A stretch of 64,000 nt of DNA from Strigamia acuminata (taxonomy: Eukaryota), in assembly GCA_949358305.1 (NCBI GenBank), contig OX442314.1, positions 17,422,001 to 17,486,000 of the forward strand. The letters run 5' to 3'. The notes below the pieces were generated by a model. That model was not told the DNA's origin. It did no database searches and saw only the letters and a list, made by a program, of their open reading frames with translations. This document shows positions 29,663-40,716 of this stretch, in pieces; position 1 is the stretch's first letter; every line of letters begins with the position of its first letter. The position numbers were made by a program, and so were the translations under genes.

Positions 29663-31506
29663 AAAACTATATTTTAAATTTTTGTTTAGAATTTCTAAAA
29701 AAAAAAATAAAAATAAAACAAAAAGCTAAATCCGAGGCTGTCTCTCAGTTGTACTAAAATCGCAGTCACCAGATGGTGACTTTCATACACACAAATGCAA
29801 TTTCAGCTCGACGATTTTCTATAGGCGAGTCATAACTTTATTGAATGCAAAATAATGGGTTGGTAAACATATAAACACAGATTGTTGCAGCCTTAATTAT
29901 ATAGAGATGTTTCTTCTCCGAGAAATTACTCGTTGTGAGTATAATTGCAAAGAAAAAAATAATAATACTTAAGTCATTTATGATATATATATTTTTTTCT
30001 TTCTTTCCTGTCTTTTTTTTAATCTCCCTCCTCCTTTATTCTTTAACTTCTTTCAAATTCACTCTTCAAAAGGTTAATTGGAGCAGGTATATTACACACT
30101 ACGAACACAGAGGCCACTTTTATAAAACGTCGTGGTTGCCTAGCAACAGGAACAGTTTTATTTGGTCCAATTTCAACACTTTCCTTACTATATTGAAATG
30201 GTTCCATTTTTTTCCTTCGTTTTTCAATTGAATTTTATAGAAATAGATTTCAAAATTCATTTTCCAATATTAAATGTTTTCAATTCTTCCTTCCTTGTGT
30301 TTGTTTTTAATAGATTTTGATAATTATTGTTGGGAAAACCGGGCGATGGATGCGATAAAATAGACGAGTCTTTTTTGGCTTTTTTTACTCTATAAGATAA
30401 AATGAAGTCCTGGATCCATTTGGAGGCTGATAGTGCTGTACTAACAGACCCAGACAAAAAACAACAACAACAGTGCACCAAAAAAACAAAATTAACCCTC
30501 GTCTCATTTAATATTTTATAATAAAAACACCCACGAGATCTTATAAATTCAATTTGCAACTAATCAATTTCCTCAAGAATTTTGCCGTACCCACACACAA
30601 GTTGATTGTTTTATATTATCTTTTTTCATTAGAGATAAATTAATGACATCATAACGAGTGAATGGCTATGTATTGCCTTTCTTGATTTCCAGATGAAATT
30701 TCTCTACATGGGTCATCGATGACGTCAGTAACAGCCCCTCCAAATTACCCATTAAAACCAACAGTACTAAACATGAATCACTCACCTCGAAAACTAAAGA
30801 AAAATTACAACCTCAACAATCCGAATAAATCAATTCACGTCTAATAATATAGCAAATAAATAATAATAAATAATTAAACTTTACATCATGTGCTTGACTG
30901 CTGAGCTTGTGACAGTAAAGTAAGCACTAACTCACCACTTGGTATTAATCGCCATCTCCTTTAAGCGTTGCCTGTTGTTTGACCAATTCCAGACTGCATT
31001 TCACTCATCATTCCATCTGCAAGCGTGCATTTTTTCGGCTCCTAGCAACTGACTTTGCTGCCAGACTCGGTCTTATGTCCAGCAAAACGGGCCTAACACG
31101 CTCTTCTATCCATACCTTTCCAGCATCAGCGCCTCACTTTTTCTATTGTGCGCAGGCGTACTAGAATTAAAAAGGACGAGTCCATAAGGGTTTGTCGAGC
31201 TAGGGAATAAGATGCGTTTCCCTCTTTTCTTTTTTATTTTCTGCACGAATGACGTAAACGTAACCTTGAAGATTGACCCACATTTGTTGGCGAGAGTGTT
31301 AAACGAGTGAATGCTATCGGCTTTCACTCGTTCGCTCCGCTTCGCTCCGCTTCACTTCGTTCAGCCGAGATTACATTCACTCTTTGTAATCTCCGGCTAA
31401 ACAGGAGACTTGAAAGGTAACTTTTTTCCATAGGATAAAAATAAAAATGTTTTGGAAAAAACAAGTTTAACAATTTTTCAGTTTAATCATTTTTTATTTT
31501 ATGAAA

Positions 31507-31715
31507 TTATTTTGGAATCGGTCTGTTTAGGACTGATTCTTGAAAAGCATTGTGGTTGACAATAGTTTTGTTGTAGAACCTCGCGAATGTTTGTTCGGAG
31601 GTCCAACCGGCAACACCTAATATTTGTTGCACCGGAATAACACTGGCGGCTGCACTGGTGGCCGCAGCTCGCGTCGAATGAGCACCGAACTCTTGACGGT
31701 AAACCGTATGGTGAC
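31507..31715 (-). pseudogene. C-terminal fragment of a DIRS1-type tyrosine recombinase (retrotransposon remnant)
   Basis: FGAHSTRAAATSAAA...ILGVAGWTSEQTFARFYNK contains the HSTR, W and catalytic Y of the tyrosine-recombinase box II as in DIRS elements; N-terminal part, RT and RNaseH absent. Confidence 0.8.
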
Positions 31716-32152
31716 CCGCACGAGAATCTTGTGCATAGTTTTGGAGTTGAAAATTACAGCGTCGGTTGACTTCAGTTATGACTTTAGCCGCTAGGAATGA
31801 AAAACAAGTCAACGATCTTTTAACTTTCAGGAAGAAGATTAAGGAACTCGTTTTTTTTTCTTACAGATGGCATTTTTAGATTACAAATAGTGTTTACGCT
31901 GGTCGTTAATGAATAAATTGTAATTTAAACAGAAAACGGAAAATCATCCACCTGGTGGTTAATCTAAAAACATGACTGGCAAATATTTAATAATCGTATC
32001 GATCAAATTATTTAGATATAATTTGTTTTTGTTACTGAATGAAAGAATTATGTTTTGTCTTGTTTCCTGAGTGAAACATGATTAAAAAGTCACATTTGAA
32101 GGAAATGATTAGTCATAAAAACCATACTGGAAATTAAAATCAAAACTGAGAA

Positions 32153-32785
<633 letters not shown>

Positions 32786-34841
32786 TTTGATGCAGTAAAT
32801 CGAGCGGAAAGAGAAATAAATTGGATTTCGATATGTCCTTTTCGCAAAATCGCTTCAATTTATATCATTAGATCAGTATCTAATTGATGTCTTCGATAAA
32901 CTTTCATGTTATCATTGGTTTAAAAACAATCAAATTATAGATTAGGAATCAAAGCCAGATCAGGTGGCGCAACTTTTGTGTATGTTAAGTGTTCGTGGCA
33001 AAAGGATCAAACGTGCAGGTGGTATTTGAATTGTGCTGCCATCTGTTGGAGAGTGTCTTAATTGCCAAATGTAACTCTTTTTATTTTAAATTTTTTTTTT
33101 TTTTAGTTTTTGCTGCTCAAAATTATTGAAATGAATGCATTTTCTGTTTTCAAGATAAGCAATTATTTTAAGTTCTCATCAATTATCATCATGTGTTATC
33201 AGACTTTAAATTGTGCTGACTATCAAATCAATAAAAATAAAAATAAAATATGTCAATTTATCATAACTTTTATTTCATTTTATTGGCGAACCAGTTTTAA
33301 ATTTTTTCACAGATTTTGTTCGAAATATTTGTATTTTTCAGTAAAATAGAGAAACTTTAACTTATACTTTTAAATTCAGTACCAGTATTCGACAGTCAAA
33401 AATTTATACATAAACGTTGTATCTTGATATGTTTTTAAGCATATTTAGCAAAGTTCTCTGTTACGACATAACAAAAAAAATAAAACAAATATTTTAAAAT
33501 GTTTATTTATTTAATTAATTATTTATTTATGTAATGTAATGAAATGTATTTAGGTACGATAAGATAGAAGAAATTAAGTAATTTTACAAAAAACTCGATT
33601 TCTCCGATAAATAATGAAAAATATAAGTACTGTACAAAAATAAAAACTTCTATTCTTAACATACCGTTATGTTTTATCATAAAGATCATAGCAACACCAA
33701 CATACTTTGTCCTTTAGTCCCCTTAACTACACCGATAAAAATAAAATTATTCAATTCTCAAATCGTACTGTGACCTTTTATGTAATTAATTTGCAGTTTT
33801 TTGAAGGCAATAACTCAGAAATAATATCATATGGTACATATTCCAATTGATATCAAGGTATCAGCAACATCATCATTACAGAACAAATTGTGTGATAGCA
33901 TAGTGACATCATCTTAAAATGCAAAATCAATTACGTTACCGGTTTTAACTACAGTTTAATTAAAAAAGTAACAATTAATGGTCTGGTACTATAACTACCC
34001 CGTAGTGTACATTCAGTATACAGTCGATTAATAAAGTATGCGTGTCTAAGAAAATCAGTAAAAACCGGAAACTTTTTCAAAAAGTAGGCATTATTATTAC
34101 TACCCACTGGGAAGTAATTTTTGCCTAAAATACATAATTTTAACACATATCACGCCTAAATGTTCATAAAAATATTGATAACTCAATTAAGAAATATTGT
34201 ACATGTTTATATATTTCATCAATTTTTATTTCTTACAATATAACATCAAAAACTGTGTTTGGTAACGAATATAGCGGGAAATACCAGGAAATTCCCGGTA
34301 GCCCTTCGGGCCAGTCAAACAAGAAATATTTGACAATACAGCATATGCTCTGCAATATTCTCCCCTCTATAATTCAACCAGCAAAGAAACTTCACAACAA
34401 AAAAACCAAAGACTAGCCAAGTCTTTCCGGCTTACTTCTGATAGACCAATACCATCTCCTTCACAACCACACTTACACTACACTAACAAGGGGAGAGCAC
34501 CAATAAGCTATCACAGATTGTTATAATATTAAACAAGAAGGATTGTTATATCATGCTGAATGAGACCCTAAAATAATTTTATTCCATAGACAGCCAACAA
34601 TGCAAACAATGAGCTCAAAGTTGGCACTATTTTGTCTGTGTATACATCAAATCTGAGCAATCAGGCCTAGTGTATGAATACTGTAAACAACAGTTGCTAG
34701 GTAAAAAATAGTCCCAAGATCCAAGTTCAATTTTATCATTTGAGATTCAATGATGTCATTTCCTCTTTTGATATCACATGACATATGACATCAGAACTTT
34801 GTTCAACAACATGACTGTCTTCATGAAGACAATAATAGTTT

Positions 34842-34913
34842 GTAGTGGTGGTCCAGTGGTTCAGGCAATGGACTAGGAATCTTTCCACACAGGTTCAAAT
34901 CCTGGTGTGTGTG
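34842..34913 (+). pseudogene. tRNA-Ser-derived sequence with Pol III A and B boxes, left arm of the palindrome
   Basis: GTAGTGGTGGTCCAGTGGTTCAGGCAATGGACTAGGAATC...CAGGTTCAAATCCTG follows eukaryotic tRNA-Ser(AGA) as recalled; variable arm deleted, acceptor stem unpaired; T-run follows. Confidence 0.7.
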
Positions 34914-35078
34914 AAAATTTTTTACTTTATTTTTTTTTAGCAGTAATTTTAATGTTTGTAATTTTATGTTTGTTTTTAGAAAACTTTAATTAATTAATTT
35001 TAATTTTTTAACAAACATAAAATTACAAACATTAAAATTACTGCTAAAAAAAATTAAAAAATAAAAGTAAAAAATTTT

Positions 35079-35150
35079 CACACACACCAGGATTTGAACC
35101 TGTGTGGAAAGATTCCTAGTCCATTGCCTGAACCACTGGACCACCACTAC
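35079..35150 (-). pseudogene. Mirror copy of the tRNA-Ser-derived sequence, right arm of the palindrome
   Basis: Reverse complement of 34842-34913. Confidence 0.7.
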
Positions 35151-36040
35151 AAACTATTATTGTCTTCATGAAGACAGTCATGTTGTTGAACAAAGTTCTG
35201 ATGTCATATGTCAAGTGATATCAAAAGAGGAAATGACATCATTGAATCTCAAATGATAAAATTGAACTTGGATCTTGGGACTATTTTTTACCTAGCAACT
35301 GTTGTTTACAGTATTCATACACTAGGCCTGATTGCTCAGATTTGATGTATACACAGACAAAATAGTGCCAACTTTGAGCTCATTGTTTGCATTGTTGGCT
35401 GTCTATGGAATAAAATTATTTTAGGGTCTCATTCAGCATGATATAACAATCCTTCTTGTTTAATATTATAACAATCTGTGATAGCTTATTGGTGCTCTCC
35501 CCTTGTAAATATAATATATAATCGAAACTTATCCCAAAATGCAAAGATTTGCATCTTTAGCAATTGCATAAGCTTAGTCTGTGCTAATTACATTGTCAAA
35601 CATTTCTTGTTCATTCATCTGCTGTAGTGAAAACACTTGCTCAGATGCTTATTTTGCTAAAGCTAAAAAGTATTGAGTGTGAACAAAATAACTTTCTCTT
35701 TTTTTTTGCATCAATTGTACACGTAAATTAAATAGAGTTTCTATCTGAAATTATTTGTTGTAATGTTTTTCTCTTTTTCCTTGTAATTTTCCAAACTTTG
35801 ACAATTTCTTACACCCTCTCAGCGTGAATACATTGTTCACCTCCTTCAGTATTACCCATAATATTGCAATTCTGCCTTTTGTTTTTTACCTTTTCACTGC
35901 CAACTGCCTTATTCTAAAAACAATAATGTTTTAAAAATGAAAGTGCAATTATATAAACTGTTTCCTTATCCTTACGATAATCATTTGATTCTGTTTGTAC
36001 GATTGTCTGTAGAATTTTGGCCAATCTTGATATGTCTTTT

Positions 36041-38417
36041 TCAACCATTGACTGTTTTGATGCCGTTGTCATCAATCTTTTTTTCTGCTGAGTTGGTCGC
36101 TAAAACCTTGACAGAGGGCAACACACATGTTTTTTGATGCACTTGTTGAGCAGAGAAAAGTGCCAAAGTCACATTTGGCTGATAATGTTGATCAAACCTA
36201 AAGCAACAAAACATTTAAAAATAAATCAACATTTAGTTGCATCGTATGAATGTAATCACCATACCGATTTGTCTCCGAATGAAGTACAACACGCTCTGGA
36301 TTGAGTAACACCGGGGGTCCATGATTCAAAAATGGAAGAACAGAATGAGAAATTCTAAAAATAAATGGAAAAGTGTTTTAAAAAATAAATATTTCTGTAA
36401 AAAAGAGAGCTGAGTGAGTGTATCATACTTGTCTCTATAAAAGGCGGTTAGTTGTGGTTGTGGCATTGACTGATGAGTCAACATTGGTTTGGCAAGTTTT
36501 CCCATTACAGAAGAGCATGGAACGGATACTTGAGACCACAAAGTTGGAACAGTCGGATACCAGTAAGTAGTCACAGGATCAAATACATTAGACAAGTATC
36601 CTGGAGTAACTGTTTGTTCATCATACGTAAAATATTTTGCTTTTTTGGTCGAAATATTTACTTCTTCTGTGTACTACAAAATAAAATACTCCGTATGTAT
36701 TTAAAAAAAATCAATTTAGATATTCAAATTAAGCATTCAAAAAGAAAAAGAAAATAAATATAATTCTTAAAGTAAAAAAAACATTTTTGAAAAATTTGAA
36801 AAAGATTTGCTGTCTCCCATTCAAACACACACAAAAAAACCAGTAAACGACACCAAGTCCATTTGGGACATTCACTGCACTTTCTTCAATTGCCCATCTT
36901 GAGTTATAGACCCTTGTCTGATGTTGTATCCAGAAAGCTGATCATGTAGCTCTTTACATCAACTAGGTACTATAAAGAGAATTCATGTAGTAGCTTTCTC
37001 ACTGAACATACGAAACACGTCTATTGCATTTTCCTTATCACCCAAGTCCCTTTTTTGAAACGCACAAGAACTGCACAATTCAAAGTTAAACAGTTATTAA
37101 TACATGTACAATTTGCATTTATCAATTTCTGTTCTCCTAATCAGTCAGTCCACCCTTTAATATTTTGTCAACAAAAATTGCGAAATAAACAAGCGGAGCT
37201 TTACGTTGGCTAATTGGGTTGTCGCCCAAGGACCTGGTCCATAAAAACTGTTAATTGCGAAGTACACCATCATGGGTTTAATTTTTTAAACCCCAGGGTT
37301 TGTTTTATAAAAGATCGATAAAATGATTTTGTGTTTACCAAATAAAAAATTATGTTGAAAGTCCCAGGGACCCGAAATCCACCATTCATCCCTGTCTAAG
37401 CTGCAGCTTAAAGAAAGTTTGAAAACTTAATTACCAGAAAACGTTTCTTACCATCTTTTTCTTATATTTATGATTGCTGTCATCGAAATACTTGTTCTTC
37501 ATTTCATTCAATTTGATTTGTAGTTGCTCCAAGTTGACCTGATCTCTTGCCAAAAGCACGTAAGCCCTCCAATTGGCTGAATCAAAGCCCCAGTGACAAG
37601 TCCGTTTTTCGAGGCCTTTATGGGCATGACGAACAAATTTTTGGGGCGAAAAATGGACGTTACACCCAAGACATTCGATACATAAAGCATCGGGAGAAAA
37701 GTAATATTCAGGAGTGTACAATCCCTTACATCTTCCAAAACACTTGTGATAAACTTTAAACGAACTCTTCTTTCGTTTTAAGGCACCTAACACCACTGGT
37801 TGTTGATAAAGGAGGGCATTTGTCAACCTTTCAGCATCAGTTTTAGTGATGAGTCCACAACTCGGAGCTCTAAATGGCAAAACTCCAGTTACCTTGAGCA
37901 CCTCCAGTTGCTCGTGATTGCATTGTGAGCAGAAAATTTGCAGATCGTCGCAAACACCGTTTATTTGCTGCAAACTAAAATCTCTGAGAACACTGTTGAG
38001 GATCTGAGGTAGACATAACCGCTTTTCTCCTCCGACAACAAAACACGAGATCACATTTCCTTCCAATATCGTCTCGGTTTTCTCACTTCGACTTTGATCA
38101 GGTGCAGTTAAAATTGGCAGCTGTTGAATGGGAAAACGAGTGCACGATGGAAACGAATCGTGAATTGCTGATGTCGATGAAGGGTTCGGAACGAGTGCAA
38201 TATTTTTCTTAATAGATTCGGTCAAAGGTATAAATGTACTGGTTTTTGACCCAAGTTGGTCGAATTTACTCACTCTACTTGCCGTCCTAGCGCCCAAATA
38301 ACTGTCCGGCCCACTTAGGCTTGTTCTAGCAGCTTTCCGATAACTGTTGAGAACCTTCTTCAGACGAAGAGTTTCGCATGACGCCTCGCACGGTTTCATT
38401 TCCGACCCTTTCTTCAT
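36041..38417 (-). CDS. Ski: Ski/Sno family transcriptional corepressor; exons 38417-37452, 36673-36429, 36354-36265, 36197-36041 (about 485 aa; 3' end less certain)
   Basis: Dachshund-homology domain ([30 protein letters not shown]...[12 protein letters not shown]), SAND-like SMAD4-binding domain ([11 protein letters not shown]...FVRHAHK...[15 protein letters not shown]), downstream [12 protein letters not shown] and FDQHYQPNV; phases consistent. Confidence 0.93.
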
Positions 38418-38429
38418 TTATTACCGGTA

Positions 38430-38729
38430 TTATTTTCTGCGCGGCTTTCGGATTGACGGTTGAGTTGTTGTTGATGAATAATTCAAAAACTGTAAAATAG
38501 TAGGCCCTTTGTCCTCGGTCTTATTCGAGTGAAGTGTGTTCATGATCGCAGAGCCTTCGTACGACCAAGCTCGCAGTGTTATTGAGACTGAAGTTCCACT
38601 AGTTCCACCTGGAGTGCGCTTTCCCCATTGCTCGTTTTTGCTCCTCCCGATTTGGCAGAGCGCCAGTTGCACTCTAGCTCTATACAACTCGGTTACTTTT
38701 TTTTTAATTCGCGGAAGACGCCCTCTCAT
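38430..38729 (-). CDS. 99-codon upstream ORF immediately 5' of Ski
   Basis: ATG-initiated, GC-richer than its flanks, same frame as Ski, separated from the Ski ATG by TAA TAC CGG TAA TAA. Confidence 0.35.
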   Translation of the reverse strand: MRGRLPRIKKKVTELYRARVQLALCQIGRSKNEQWGKRTPGGTSGTSVSITLRAWSYEGSAIMNTLHSNKTEDKGPTILQFLNYSSTTTQPSIRKPRRK

Positions 38730-40716
38730 TTAGTCATTCATTTCACATTAAAGATTTGTTTTTCATTCAAAACAAAAATATTTCGGCGAATTAAAATGGT
38801 GAACAAACTGCCAAATGGTTACCATTTAATCTTAAATAAAAGCATAATTGAACTTCTCGAAAATCAATTTAAATATATGAGATTTTGTTGTTTTGTTTCA
38901 TTCTAGAAGTCAAAACATAGTCTACGAACTGCGTAATTCAATCACAAACTAATTATGTCGACAAAACCATCTTTAATTCATGTCTATAAATTACAGAAAT
39001 AAAGCAAATTACGAAATTTTTTGGCTTCAAGTATTGTATTCGTTTCAAATGTTTGAAAATAAAACCTTATGGGTATTCAACCGAACCTTCAAACAACCTT
39101 CAACCAAGAAGAAGCGACTGTAGGGTTTCCTGGGGACGGCTTTGAAATGATGAAAACTGATATGCTTAATCAAACCACACAGAAATCACAAGCAATCAAC
39201 TTGTTTACATCTATTTGTATGAATCTATGGTTTGTTTATCATTGCAAGGTACATATAAAAAGAACAGAAAATTGAATTCAAGGATCTGGAAATGATGAAA
39301 ATCAAAGATTTTAACAGTCAGGTAGCAATGTGGCATAAAATAAATTACAAAAGCCCCAAAAGGAAAGAATTGGCGATTGACTCGGATGAAAAAAGTTACT
39401 ATTTCATTTTTACTATGATTTCTTGACAGTTGCCCAATTTTTTTAGTTTTTCAACTTGTTTACACCCCACAATAGTGGTTGCTATATATCATCACTGTCT
39501 GTTGTAGTGGAACAAGCTTACGCAGCTCTGAGTGTATTCGAAGAAATAGTATCTTAGCAGCGGCTTTGAAAAAAGAAAATTAATCCAAAAAAAAAAATTA
39601 TTTCTAGTCAAAACATTTTGCAATATAATCCCTAGCTATTAATTTTGTCCCGAATTAAATCTTTTATTCAATTAATAATAAGACTAAAGGGGGAGATTTT
39701 CTCATTTGCATCTTTGGGTCTCTCGATAGATGAAAATTGTGAACTTTAAGTTGCATGCTGAGGGGAAGTAAAACAAGTTTTCTTTAATTAGAACGGGTTG
39801 ACGAATAAAGTGGGGAAGTGTCAGACTAGCCAAGATAATTAGCATAACTATTAACTGAGTGATTATCCACCTGCTACCAAAGCGTGAGTACTATTTCGAG
39901 TAATTTTTTTTTTTACCATTTGCATCCGGCTTATTACTGCATCACGCAAACTACTGATATCATCTTTAATTTTTGTCAAATACCGGTAATTAACTAGATA
40001 TCCTTTCTTTTGTTGACTCCTGCAACACCGGGGCTAGAAAAAAGATTAAATTTGCATTTTATACACTGGATTGTTTGGAATGCTGCTGCTACAAAAAGGA
40101 AACAATCAAGTGTTAATTAGGTCAACTACTTGTAAATTTCATATTCAATAACCTCTAATGCGAAATGACTTGGATTATTAAACTTAAATGGAGAGCAATA
40201 ACTGAAATTCAGAACAAAAATTGAAAATTTCACATAAATTGCTCTTATTATTATTATTATTTCGCATCGTTACATTTAAAAGCATTCAGCTAAAGGAAAC
40301 TTCAACATATGTATAGCATGAATCTTTTTTCTCACTCGGATAAGTTTGATGGCGAGAAATGCTCTCAAATCATGCACAACGTAAGCAAGCCATCATTGAA
40401 ACTAAACTTTTCCATTTATACTGTCATTGTACGTAATTGCAAATTAGAACGACGGATTTGAATCTAGATGTGGAGTACAATTTCTTTTTTAGTACAATAT
40501 GCGGAATTTATGCCAGAAATGTGTTTTGCGTGTTGTGTGTGCTTTTTGGGGATATAACGGTATCAGCAAAATAGCATTTACCAGTAAAAGATTTCGCAGT
40601 TAAATTAGATTCATGTCAATTTATTTTTAACTAATAAAACAAATTTTAATTAATTAATTTTTTTAGGTTTTTTTTTTCAGCCTGGCAAACGTTGGGGTGC
40701 GACTGTTATCAGCTCG

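Larger units (their letters stand above)
34487..35505. mobile_element. Long palindromic (foldback/MITE-like) element, about 490-bp arms and a 35-bp AT spacer
   Basis: 34487-~34974 is the near-exact reverse complement of ~35010-35505; termini CAAGGGGAGAGC...GCTCTCCCCTTG; TAA on both sides (34484-86, 35506-08). Confidence 0.9.

Noticed and set aside
33034..33049. CTCF-like motifs (also near 6035, 61270, 61583)
   Set aside because: Plausible but short and untestable from sequence alone
34842..34913. Functional tRNA gene
   Set aside because: Acceptor and anticodon stems do not pair and the variable arm is deleted
36940..37070. Extra Ski exon after the tgtgcag acceptor
   Set aside because: In-frame stop within 11 codons in the required phase
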